Below, piece after piece: positions 26,101 through 40,350 of a DNA stretch of 64,000 nucleotides (within the stretch, counting starts at the first letter, position 1; each line of letters starts with the position of its first letter). The position numbers were made by a program, and so were the translations under genes. Origin of the DNA: Octopus sinensis (Eukaryota). The stretch spans positions 88,970,001 to 89,034,000 of the forward strand of contig NC_043004.1 of the NCBI RefSeq assembly GCF_006345805.1. The letters are read 5' to 3'. The notes beneath the pieces are model-generated. The model was not told the origin of the DNA and made no database searches. It worked only from the letters and a program-made list of their open reading frames with translations.

Positions 26101-29100
26101 AATAAAATAAGATTTATTTATTTATGTCTTTAATCTTCAATAAAAAAAAAAAGAAAAAGAACAAGATAGCACATATAGTCATGGCCAAAAGTCTGGAACA
26201 TATTTTGATATACGTGATGCACTAGCTTCTATTTATATAAAAGTAAACAATTTAGTCTAGAACTATATTTTTGATTTTGCCTGTTTTTCCTTCTGGATAT
26301 TGAACCATTGGATTAGTTATTACGTAAATATATCTCTATGTTGTATACATTTTAATGGAATTTTACCTGGGCATAACAATTGTAATTTTAAAACATTTTC
26401 CAAACTTTTGGCCACAACTATATTCTAGCAATTTATAAGACTATGTTTATAGGTTGTCTCTTTGATTTTATTATTAGTACCATAATAACATATTACCTGA
26501 ACTAATTCGATGTGTTCTAATCAATGCTGTCCCTAAAGAAAATGCTTTATCATTTCAATATCATCCTTCATCATCATCATCATCATCATAATCATCATTT
26601 AACATCCGCTTTCCATGCTGGCATGGGTTGGACAATTTGACTGAGGACTGGCGAGTCAAATGGCTGCACCAGGCTCCAATCTGATCTAGCAGAGTTTTTA
26701 TAGCTGGATGTCCTTCCTAACGCCAACCACTCCGATAGTGTAGTGGGTGCTTTTACGTGCCACTGGATCGAGGGCCAGTCAGGCTGTACTGGCAACGGCC
26801 ATGCTCAAATGGTGTTTCACTCAAATTTCTAAAGTATCAGATAATTTTTTATCAGATTCACTAAGACAAAACAATAATTTCTAGCAAGTGTAGATACTAT
26901 ACATCAAAGGTGGTGATGATCAAAACAGCATAACACAAGGCAAAATAGCTTTTTAGGAAATGCTAACAAATAATTGCTAACAAGAGAGGGAGCAAGGAAA
27001 GTCGATCAACCCTGGCAACAGGTATAAAGGGAGGTACAATTCCTTCCCCCCATGAGGTCATATTGGATTACCACCCTAAGCTTCATTATGACATTGATTC
27101 CCAAAGCCCAACTGTAAAAACTAATGATTATTTAAGACACTGGCTCCAAGCACAACTAGACTTGATCTGACTATGAAAGCAAGATGTAGATGACGACTTC
27201 AGTTGGGATTCAAATTAATTTTATAGTCATTACCAAAGATAGGATCAAAGAGGTACAAGTTCCCTAAGTGCTTTTGTCCCTGGGTGCTCAAAACTTTTGC
27301 TCTGACACAGCTGCATATAATCAATATAAAACATTAGTAATTATCAGTAACAGTCCCTTTTTGAACTGGGTTCATACTCAAAAATAAATAAATATTCTGT
27401 AATTTCCATAATTTCTTACATAAAACCCAGACAAAAGCCATGAATAAGTTCTAACATTTGCAGCTGAAGCCCTTCTTAGAATTCTCCACAAAATGTGGTC
27501 AAGGGAGAAATATTTATGATGCAGCAACAGATAGAAGCATCAGCATAGAAGTATTATAGTAATGATATGAACTGAAGGACAGACAATCGCAGGACAAAGC
27601 ATGTAATAAATTATAGATTTTTGTTGATAGATTACATCTGAAGACAATAAAAAAAAAGAAAAGATACTCACTCTAGTGTATCAGATTCAGACTGGGATCG
27701 TTTCATTTTCTTGTCTACTGGTGTTTGACAGCGACGCTTCTGAAGAATGGAAAGAAAGTAAAATTTCAAGATATCTTCATAAAAATCAACTTGCAGGAAA
27801 TAAAGGAAAAATACATCAGAAATTTAGCAGGAAAAAAAAACCCAAGAAAATTGGGGAAGTGAAAGGTCATAGTAATTCTTCTTAGACAGGTATATATCCT
27901 GAAAGTCAAATATCACAGATAAAAAGAGAAAAGTCCAAATAGTCTTTTGTAATGGTTGTGTGTGGTAAGAAGTTTGTTTCCCAACCACATAGTTCTGAGG
28001 TTCAGTCCCAGTGCAAGGCACTTTATGCAAGTGTCTTCTATTGGATCAACCAAAGCACTTTATGCAAGTGTCTTCCTTGGATCAACCAAAGCTTTGGTAG
28101 TGGATTTGGTGGATGGAAACTGAAAGAAGCTTGTTGTGTGTGTATGTGTGTTTTTGTGTTTATTGCCCACCATTGCTTGACAACTGGTGTCCGATGTTTA
28201 TGTCCTTGTAACTTAGCAGTTCAGCAAATAAGGTTAGAATAAGTACCAGACTGAAAGAAATAGCTGCTGGGGTTGATTCATTTGACTAAAGCCCTTCAAG
28301 GCAGAGCTCCAGCATGACCACAGTCTCATGACTGAAACAAGTAAAAGATGTTGAATTTCAAAATATGCATCAAAGAATCAATGGAAAAAATGTCTGTATA
28401 TGTCTTTACCAATCAAAACAAAAGTGAGCCAATGTGCATGACATTTAAGCAAATGATTGACCACATCTTTATATGCAATGGGTTTGTAGGACAGGGATTA
28501 GCTTGATGATGAGAGTTCTAATTGATCTGATCAATGCAACAGACTGCTCAAGAAATTAACATGCAGGTGGTTGAGCACTCCACAGACACATGTACCCTTA
28601 ACATAGTTCTCAGGGAGATTTGACATGACACAGAGTGTGACAAAGTTGACCCTTTGGAATATAGGTATAGCTCGTTTTTGCCAGCTGAGTGGACTGGAGC
28701 AATGTGAAATAAAGGATACAACACATCTCTGGGAATTGAACTCCAGACCTTACAATCAGGAGCTGAATACCCTAATCACTAAGCCATGCACCTTCACAGA
28801 ACAGGGATTATATAAGCAATAAGGTTAAAGACTTACATGTGGCACTGTTGGTGACAGCCTCAATCCTTCAATGGAGGCACGGATGTCTTCTACCGTTCCA
28901 GTTGGCGTGGAACCATTTGGGCTGAGTGGGCGGATTTCAACTTTTATTTTTTTTTTAAGATCAGAGTCACCTTCTACAAAAAGAAAAACATTTGAAAACA
29001 ATTAGAATAAATAAATATCATGAAATATTCTTTTCTGCTCTAGGCAGAAGGCCAGAAATTTTTTGGGAGGGGGTCCAGTCAATTAGATCAACCCCAGTAC

Positions 29101-29573
29101 ACGACTGGTACTTAATTTATTGACCCTGAAAGGATGAAAGGCAAAGTTGACCTTGGCAGAATTTGAACTCAGAAAATAAAGACAGACAAAATACTGCTAA
29201 GCATTTCGCCCAGCATGCTAACGTTTCTGCCAACTTGCTGCCTTAAATATCATGAAATATTATTACATAGAGTGATTTACTCTCTAAACATGTTCTATTT
29301 TCCCCTAACAATCAGTGCAGAGCCATCTAGGTTATTTACTTAGTTTCTTTTCATCACTACTATGACAAACTAGGCAAAGTTGTGAGGTCGTAATAAGTCA
29401 GGTAACAACTGGGCGTTTTTTTCTCATACTCGTCACAATAATCTATGATACCATATTACTACAGCCTATTTATACGTAACACTTTATGGAATGAAATCAA
29501 AGACATAACCAGTTACTTATACAATATTTACACTGTTTCTAACTCAATATTTAAAATTAAGTATGATTTATAT

Positions 29574-29636
<63 letters not shown>

Positions 29637-30590
29637 GCTTTTATTCTTTTATATGTTTCAGCTCAAAGGTTGTGGCAACGCTGGAGCACAGCCCAGTGTA
29701 ATCACATTTTCACCTACATTCTTATGTAGTTGGCTTCTGGCAAAAGAGGGAGTTCAATATTGCTACCTGCTTTTGAATCAAATGCTTCAGAACCAAACGA
29801 AACAAAAAAATTTTTTTTTCGAAAGAAATTTCATACTTCATAATTCTTCTTTATAAATTTACGGTTTTCCACATAATCATGAAATTTTCACAGGAACTTC
29901 TCATTAAATAATCTTATTAGTTAGTGATTAGTGTTGTTTCATCCTAATCATCCTAACTACACAATTATTAACAAGTTAATATAGTTACTGCCCTTTGCAT
30001 TAAATATGTTAACGCTAACTGAACTATAATATATATATATATTATCAGTGAAGATTCAAAATCATTCTCTTGACTCCCTGCATTTTGAAGCTAAGGTCTG
30101 TCATGAGACCAAGGACACATAAGGTAGGAGCTTGACCCGATTTCCATGGCTGAGATTACAACACTCTCCAGTGAACAGGATATAGGTCTGTCACAGGGTT
30201 AACTTCCCAGCTATTGCTGGATCTCATTTACAGCTGAGTGAATTGAAGTAATGTGAACACAATGCACAGCCCAGTCTGGGAACCAGAGCTGCGATCATGA
30301 GTGCAACAACCTAATCACTAAACCATAAGCTTTCACTTTTGAAGCTTAAGAGAACAACAATTTAGAGCTTCTTTCATCAATTTTCATATGAAAAACAATT
30401 ACAAATTTCAAATTATACCCAACTAGGCGCAGGAGTGGCTGTGTGGTAAGTAGCTTGCTAACCAACCACATGGTTCCGGGTTCAGTCCCACTGCGTGGCA
30501 CCTTGGGCAAGTGTCTTCTACTATAGCCTCGGGCCGACCAAAGCCTTGTGAGTGGATTTGGTAGACGGAAACTGAAAGAAGCCTGTCATA

Positions 30591-30647
<57 letters not shown>

Positions 30648-33600
30648 GTTTGTCCCCCCTAGCATTGCTTGACAACTGATGCTGGTGTGTTTATGTCCCC
30701 GTTAATTAGCAGTTCGGCAAAGAGACCGATAGAATAAGTACTGGGCTTACAAAAGAATAAGTCCCAGGGTCGAGTTGCTCGATTAAAGGCGGTGCTCCAG
30801 CATGGCCGCAGTCAAATGACTGAAACAAGTAAAAGAGTAACTATATCAGTATAATTTTTTTGCTATAACGATAGAGATAAAGCTAAAGAGCAACAGGGCT
30901 GTGAGGTTAACGTGCTGATTGCTGGCCAAGTGTATAAATCTTAGTAAAGAGATTAAGCATGGGACATAACTCTGTGTAAACCAAATACCATTGTTACATT
31001 ATATTCACCAGAGTTGAGTGATTAACATGCTGCAAAGGCAATTGTTTTGACAAAAACTGTTCTGCCCATATTAGTATTTTAGCTTCTTTTCTTCTTTCTT
31101 TTTTGTTGCTATTGTTTGCTTTTTAATGAATGTAAAACAACAAAAAGAAAAGGAAAAAATTGTGTTTAGATATTGGATTATCCAAACAAACCTTCATATT
31201 TGTCATATATAAAGTAGCATACAATAAATAATTCTGTATAATGTATTTGAACTAAATATAATCAATCTAATTATCTTAGATATTATAATATTATTTCTTT
31301 CACACAGCTACCGTCAGTAGCTATATGAAAAAAATAAAGGGGAGCAAGGCTCAAATAGAGGTAAGTTTGAACTAATGACAGCTGGTCAAATTGATGAAAT
31401 ATTGCAGCAATTAACAATTAATAATTAAAAATACATTACCTGAATCACTATCACTTTCACTAGAGCACCAGCTTGTTTTGTCTCCGTTCAATACAAAAAG
31501 TTAAGGATAAATACAAATCTATAGATTTAACAAGATATATATTTCATGTCAGTCATTAGAAGAAAAATATAATTATGAAAGAAAAATCTTAATTACTAAT
31601 AGTATTTTCAAAACTCTAACAGAAAGGAGAGGGAGTTGTTACACAATAACAACACATGGCATGATACAAATAAATACTTTAAGTGGAATGCCAGCAAATT
31701 TTATATATGTGAAAGATAGTGAAATAGGCTACCAATAATAATAATCCTTTCTACTATAGGCATGAGGCCTGAAATTTGTAGGAAGGGGACTGATCAATTA
31801 CATTGACCCCAGTGTTTCACTGGTACTGATTTTATTGACTCCAAAAGGATGAGAGGCAAAGACAACACCAGCAGAATTTGAACTCAGAACATAATGAGTC
31901 ACAATAAATACAACAAAGCATTTTTTCTGATGCTCTAACAATTCTGCCGGCCCTCTGTCTTAATAATAATAATCCTTTCTACTATAGGCACAAGGCCTGA
32001 CATTGGGGGGAGGGGGATAGTTAATTACATTGACTCCAGTACTCAACTGGTACTTATTTTATTGACACCCAAAAGGATGAAAAGGCAAAGTTGACCTCAG
32101 CAGAATTTGAACTCAGAATGTAGCAGCAGACGAAATGTTGCTAAGCATTTCGCCCAGCCTGCTAATGAATAATAATAATGATAATAATAATAATAATAAT
32201 AATAATAATGGTTTCAAATTTTGGCACAAGTGCTTTTGTAATATATGTTTCATTTGCAATAATTACGAACAGAACGTATATAAGTCATAGTTCTCCAATC
32301 CATGCCAGCAAGGAAAACTGATGTATGATGATGACAATGATAACTACAATGAAGCTGATGATGAAAGTAAAATATCTTAAATCAAGATGCAATACCAGGC
32401 GCTGGCTCTCATGGCTACTGACCTTAACTGATTGGAAGCATTAGAATGTAAATGTTTTGTCTTGGTGTAAAAGATGGGCTACAGCAAATCTTCTGCTCAA
32501 TACTACAGATTTGCTTGTCAGTTGTTTGACTTTAATCAATTGAGCACGTCCCTTAGTGGCTGATGATATGTGCATCTCTGATCATGAGCAGAAGTAGTGG
32601 GGGAGCATGATAGTCATGCACTGAGAGGAATTCTTTGGGGTTTGAATAATTCACCTTTGGATACATGGCTGTTTCATTAAACATCCTTAAACAACCCTTA
32701 ATCAGGGACCTTTTGAGCAGGATGGGCTACTTGACCTGAAAATTCTAACTGGATCCCACCTGCAAGGACATGCGCTGTTTACCTTGATATGAGACCACCC
32801 TGTAGTGCACATATGGCTGTGATGATGAGCATGGTGTACCCTTATGGGATGGGTAGTCATGATGGGTATATTGGGCTTTGTATATTTGTGCCCCAGTGTC
32901 ACTTTGATAGCATGCACTGCTCTCTCACTCAATAATAATGATAATGATAATTATTTCAAACTTTTGCCACAAGGGCAGCTTGAGAGAGGTGGGGATGAGT
33001 TGATTACATCAATCCCAGTATTCAATTGGTACTTATTTTATTGACCCTGAAAGGATGTAAGGCAAAATCAACTTCATCAGAATTTGAACTCAGAACTTAG
33101 CAACAGGCTACGCATTTCATGCAACAAACTAGTGATTCTGCCAGCTTAATAATGATAATAATAATAACAGGTGTGGTTGTGTGGTAAGACACTTGCTTCC
33201 CAACCACATGGTTCCAGGTTCAATCCCACAGCATGACACTTGGACAAGTGTCTACTACAGCCTCAAGCCAACCAAAGCCTTGTGAATGGATTTGATAGAC
33301 AGAAACTGAATGAAGTCTGTTATATAAATGTATATAAATATCTGTGAGTGCGTGTCTTTGTGCCTGTGTTTGTACCCCACCACCACTTGACAATCTGAAA
33401 ATACATCCAAAAACCTTAGAAATACCCTACAATCTAAATGTATTGCAAAAGTCAGCATTACTTGGAACTGCATGCATATTGCGTAAAGTACTGTCTGTCT
33501 GAGGTCCTTGTTGCAACTTGACAAACAGTACAAACTCCAGGTAGACACAATATCTTCAGTCGACAACTTCACAATATTGTATATTGTGCAACGTCTATAA

Positions 33601-35634
33601 TAATAAGAAAAATAATAATAATAATCCTTTCTACTATAGGCACAAGGCCTGAAATTCTGGGGGAGGGAACTAGTTGATTAGAGTGACCCCAGTGCTTGAC
33701 TGGCATTAATTTATCAACCCCAACAGGATGAAAAGCAAAGCCGACATTGGCAGAATTTGAACCCAAAATGTAAAGACCAGGCAGGCTCATAATTCTGCCA
33801 ACAATGATAAGGATACAGTCTAAAAGAGTATCGGGCTGTTTACTGTAACCTTCTTCATCAACATCAGGTATTACCTAATAAAAAAAAATTACAAAATGTA
33901 ATTAACATTAACTATTAAATGATCAAAAAATTATATTCATAACAATAACAAAGAGTGGACTTCAAACTGTCCTTACTAACAATACAGAAAGATAAGTTTG
34001 ATGTAAGTTTATCTTCACTTTGAATTTAATTTGTTGTTATATACTTAATATACTATATTTAATTTGTTGTAAAAATACAAACCCAAACAATTGAACAAGA
34101 ATTTATTAAAAAAATCATTTAAAAAGGTACTTACACCATTGCTACTTGTAGTTTCTCTGTAGGGAAAAAAAAAAACAAAAACAAGAAAGATCAATAAAAA
34201 TGACATGAAGTTCATATAAACAGGAATTGAATGATTAAATAATGATACAGCATAATAAATTAAATGTTGTTGGTAATATTGTTGTCGTCATTGTGGAAAT
34301 AGCAATAGCATGAAACCATAAGGTCACTGTGAACTAAGTCAGTGATTGTGATTCCCAGCTGGAGGAATTTCATTACCTAAAGCACTAACATATTTCTTTA
34401 TCATTTAGTCAGGAGAGATGGCATCAGCCAAACCAAGAATATGTTTTTCAAACTCAGTTCTGTATCAACTGATCAATGTTCTAATTTCTCTACCACATCC
34501 TCTTTTACAATATATAGGCGTAGGAGAGGCTGTGTGGTAAGTAGCTTGCTTATGAACCACAGGGTTCTGGGCTCAGTTCCACTGCATGACACCTTGGGCA
34601 AGTGTCTTCTACTATAGCCTCAGGCCGATCAAAGCTTTGTGAGTGGATTTGATAGACGGAAACTGAAAGAAGCCCATCGTATATATGTATATATATATAT
34701 ATATATGCATGTGCGTGTGTATACATTTGTGTCTCTGTGTTTGTCCCCCCAAACATCGCTTGACAACCGATGCTGGTGTGTTTACATCCCTGTAAATTAG
34801 CAGTTCGGCAAAAGAGACCAATGGAATAAGTACTAGGCTTACAAATAATAAGTCCTGGGGTCGATTTGCTCGACTAAAGACATGCTCCAGCATGGCTACA
34901 GTCAAATGACTGAAACAAGTAAAAGAGAGTAAAGAGATATGTGTGTGGGAACATGTATGCATATCATCATCATCATCGTTTAACGTCTGTCTTCCATGCA
35001 AGCATGGGTAGCACACTTGACAGGAGCTGGCCAGGTAGAAGACTATCCCAGGCTACTGTGTCTGCTTTGGCAAGGTTTTTATGGCTGGATGCCCTTCCTA
35101 ACACCAACTACTCTAAAGAATGGACTCGGTGCTTTTTATGTGGCAGAAGCACAGACAAGGTTAATTTTGGCATGATTTTTACAGCTGGATGCCCTTCCAA
35201 ATGCCAACCATTTTACAGTGTGGACAGGGTGCTTTTTACTGTTAATGTTTGCTGTTATGTTCAGCTATAGTGAAAACAATTTTGCATTAATCTGAGAGGG
35301 TTATCCTGTACTTTTGTAGAGTACAAATTTATTCTTAAACAAGAATATTGTTGACAGTGACTTCGAAATTTCAGCCAGTTAAGTAATATGATAATGGCTT
35401 AATTGGTCAAAACTTCCATGTCAGTTAGCAACATTCTTGTTTAAGAATAAATTTAAGTACGTATGCGCAGGAGTGGCTGTGTGGTAAGTAGCTTGCTAAC
35501 CAACCACATGGTTCCGGGTTCAGTCCCACTGCGTGGCATCTTGGGCAAGTGTCTTCTGCTATAGCCTCGGGCCGACCAATGCTTTGTGAGTGGATTTGGT
35601 AGACGGAAACTGAAAGAAGCCTGTCGTATATATG

Positions 35635-35665
<31 letters not shown>

Positions 35666-36437
35666 TTGTGTGCCTGTGTTTGTCCCCCTAGCATTGCTTG
35701 ACAACCGATGCTGGTGTGTTTAAGTCCCCGTCACCTAGCGGTTCAGCAAAAGAGACTGATAGAATAAGTACTGGGCTTACAAAAGAATAAGTCCCGGGGT
35801 CGATTTGCTCGACTAAAGGCGGTGCTCCAGCATGGCCGCAGTCAAATGACTGAAACAAGTAAAAGAGTAAAAGAGAGTATGTATGTGTGTGTGTGTGTGT
35901 GTATGTGTGTGTGTGTAATGTAACAACAGCAGTAAAACAAACTTCAAGCATAAAAAAATATTAACAGAGGACTGTGCAAGCTGAACTAAAGAGTAACTTC
36001 TTGTTTAATTTTAATAATTCCTCTTAAGTAAATTAACTGCTTAATCTTTCATTGGAAATAAAAAGACAGGAGAGAAAAACAAAATAAATAAAAAATAAAT
36101 AAAGACATAAAGTTACTTTCTAAAATTTAATTTCAATTCCAAAACCATTAGCAATATTTTTAGCAAAATCAATATTGTAGCTTTTGTATTTGCTTTACAA
36201 GATTCTTGATATGAAACTGTCTATTGAAACAGACTTTTTGTATCTCAGAAGGGTCATTATGCCAGTAATTATGGGCATAATCACCTCCCAAGACACAACA
36301 ATGTTATTGTAATCTCATGAAATAAAGCAATCAAGGCATGATATTGAATGCTGATATGAAAGAGATGACATTACACCATAGAAACTCAACTCGCAGACAT
36401 AGCAAGAGACATTTATCAGACATTGTTAAAGATGATG

Positions 36438-36476
<39 letters not shown>

Positions 36477-38924
36477 GCCTTGATGCAGTACCAGGCAGTG
36501 GCTCTCGTGGCTTCTGATCTTAACTGATTGGAAGTGTTATCATGTACATTGTTTTGTCTTGGTATAAAAGATGGGCTACAGCAAATATTCTGCTCAATAC
36601 CACAGATTTGCTTGTCCGTTGCTCGACTTTAACCAATTGAGAACGTCCCTTGGTGGCTGACGATATGTGCATTTCTGATCACAAGCAGAAGTAGTGGGGG
36701 AGCATCATAGCCATGTGTTGAGAGGAATTCTTTGGGGTTTGAATAATTCACCTCTGGAAACATGGGCGTTTCGTTCAACATCCTTAAACAACCCTTATTC
36801 AGGGTTACTCGACCAGAAGAAAATTCTATCTGGACCCCACCTGCAAGGTCATGTACTTTCTACTATAGGCAGAAGGCCTGAAATTTGGGGAAGAGGACAA
36901 GCCAATTACATTGACCCCTGTGTGTTACTGGTACTTATTTCATTGACCCTGAAAGGATGAAAGACAAAGTTGACCTCGGCAGAATTTGAACTCGGAACAT
37001 GAAGATGGACGAAATGCTGGTAAGCATTTTGCCCAGCATGTTAACAATTCTGCCAGCTTGCCACCTTAATAAGAAGAACAATGGTGTCAATTTTTGGACA
37101 AGGCCAGCAATTTTGAAGGGAAGCAGTTAGTCAATATCATCAACCCCAGCACTTGCAACTACAAAGGGAGAAGAGGCAAAGCTGATCCCCGGTGCAATTT
37201 GAACTCAGAATATATATCACAAGGTATTTACTCTGACACACTAATGATTCTGCCATGTAAATAATTTACTTTGGAAAGAAAAAAAGAGATATGGGTACTT
37301 ACTGACTTTCTTCTTTATCACGTTTTTTCTTTTTCTTCAAATCCTTCTTTTTGTCTCTCTTAGATTTTAGGAACCCTGCCAAAACAAGTATATTCCTAAT
37401 AAAATCAAAAGAACCGTGATTTTTTTTTTCTTTTTAAAAAAAAAAAATAAAGTATACAGCTAAAAAGTTAAAATCTGGACTACTTCATATAAGGTTAATT
37501 TAAACATATAACTAATTATAGATAGGAACTAATGATGCTACACAGGAGAGAAAGGATTAGAGAAACAAGTCGAAACAGTTAGAAAGATGAAGCAACAGGT
37601 TTAGTTCAGTATACTTAGGATATTGAAATTGTCCATCACTAAAGCTATAAGAAGCTAAGATTATTGAAAACTAATTGAAAATTAATGGAAAATCCAATGT
37701 TTAATGAGTTTCCTAACCAAACATAAAAGAGCAAAAAAAAAAAAATTTTTTATTTTTCTTTTAATAATCTGAAATTATAATATAAGCTAGTTTATCCCTC
37801 ATTAAAACAGCTCACTATTATATGTGATGATTCAGCTAACATTGCCAATGGTTGTTAAGAAACACACTTTGCTGCCAATATTTTCTGTCTTTAAACACTA
37901 CTGTGCAAACAATTTGAAATATGTTTACATGCAATTATTCGTCAATATGTGTGAATAGCATTTCATAAACACTAGTGCTGACACAGTGAAGCATAGGTTA
38001 ACAACTAAATGAAAGAACTATCTGCAATTAAACGGGGGGTAGGGGATGAAAAAGTGTGCATCACCTTGCAAAGACAGAAAAAAAATAAAACACTGTGTTG
38101 ACAAAATTGCAATTGTGCTTACTTGGAAGCATAAACATCGCTACAATAATTTCTATGTGGGGGGAAGAGAGAAGTAGGGTTATTCAACCTGAGAATCGAT
38201 GTGAAGATTTGAAAAAAAATCATCTTGCTATTTATATCACAAAAGAAACATTTACTGCTATTAATGTACTAATGATTTTTTTTTGTTTCTTTTTTTTTTT
38301 GTCATATTTTATGTGCATCTAGAGTTAGTAAGGTTATACGGAATCACAGTCAGGTAATGAAAACATTTCCAGAAGGAATCATCAGTAAAAGTTACCAACA
38401 AAACAATAATATGCCACTAAATGAAAAAGGTTGAGCAATCAATGGTTTAATTTCTAAATAATGGAATTTCAAAAGCATATATGAGTACCAACGTCTGCAA
38501 TAAACTTTTTTCTTTTTTTTTTTTTATAAATTTAAGTGAATTACCATTCAAGATTTTGTTTTCAAGCTCCTATCGAACAGAAAAATCAATAAGGCCACAT
38601 AATGTTAAGGTTCCAAAAGGCAGTTTATAAACCGTCTAGGTCTGAATAATTTATGGAAGAATAATTTCCATCAATAATAACTATACAATAATAATTGCCA
38701 TCAATATTAGAATACAAAGAACTATTCCAATAATATGCAGCAGCAAGAGAAGGTATATGAATCAACTCAAAAGAAATCGAAACAAGAGTTATTACTTCAC
38801 TTTGGAATAATGGAAGGGCTTTGGTAGGCCATTAACTTAATCACACTTTTGAGGAAAATACTGCAGAATCTGGTCAATAGATACTATGAAAATATATTGC
38901 ATTTTGAATTATTAATACAGGTTA

Positions 38925-38958
<34 letters not shown>

Positions 38959-39315
38959 AAAATATACAATTTTCTTTGTACTGTAACTGAATTATTCCAA
39001 AGTATTTTATTATAAAACAATAATTTCAAAATGCATTATTACATACCAGCTTCACCTCTTTGAGAAGATAATCATTATTATGCTCATGGGTATATTAAGT
39101 TGATTATGTGCAATGGTTATCATTTACACCTGTACATTACAATGACTATGTTCTATTAAGATGTGGAAGCAAGTACGTAATAATGCATTCTACAATAAAT
39201 TAGAAGTAAATAGATTGTAATAATGTACTTTGGGGATAATTTAATTAATTGCAACACAAGAGGGATTGTACATTTTCTTTTTATTACTTTTTCTGTGTTT
39301 TGAGTATTTTCAGCT

Positions 39316-39363
<48 letters not shown>

Positions 39364-39735
39364 ATCATCGTTTAACGTCCACCTCTATGCTGGCATGGGT
39401 ACACACATACACACACACATGCAGTGCACTACTTAGTGTTGTTCGTTTCTTTTTAGTATAATTTGAAAAGCAAGGTAAACCTTCTCAGTAAACATTACAA
39501 TTCAACCTCGCTTTAAAATGTAAACAACATGGTTACTTCACAAGTTAATCTTTCCATGATCGATCTGTCTGACTAATTTCAGGTTTTGCTGAGCAAAACC
39601 TGAAATTAGTCATTTTTGTTTTGTTTTTTTTTTCTTTACTTTCCGTTCACAGAGAGATAAGATTGTGGTATAACTACTTTGTTTACTTTTCACAAAGAGG
39701 CTAAACAGTAGATTTGCTCTTCACTTCAAACATAC

Positions 39736-39788
<53 letters not shown>

Positions 39789-40007
39789 GTGTCCATAAGT
39801 CATGGTGGGATTTCAAAACTATTTTATTGATGTAACTTACAACTACATGTTTCATATACATGTTGAATAAGAGACCAACTAATAAGGTTTATGTACAGTT
39901 TAGTGCAGTTTCATGTGGCTTCCATTTGTTGCCCTACACGCATCTAAAGAATACGCCAGTTGAATGAGTGAAGAAGACTTTATGGATACACTGTGTATAA
40001 CTATTAT

Positions 40008-40073
<66 letters not shown>

Positions 40074-40292
40074 GTGTCCATAAGTCATGGTGGGATTTCA
40101 AAACTATTTTATTGATGTAACTTACAACTACATGTTTCATATACATGTTGAATAAGAGACCAACTAATAAGGTTTATGTACAGTTTAGTGCAGTTTCATG
40201 TGGCTTCCATTTGTTGCCCTACACGCATCTAAAGAATACGCCAGTTGAATGAGTGAAGAAGACTTTATGGATACACTGTGTATAACTATTAT

Positions 40293-40350
<58 letters not shown>

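Noticed and set aside
30423-30665. Recurrent [42 protein letters not shown] (also 34550, 35425, 56709)
   Set aside because: This is the antisense reading of SINE A; the similarity is at the DNA level and not a protein family.
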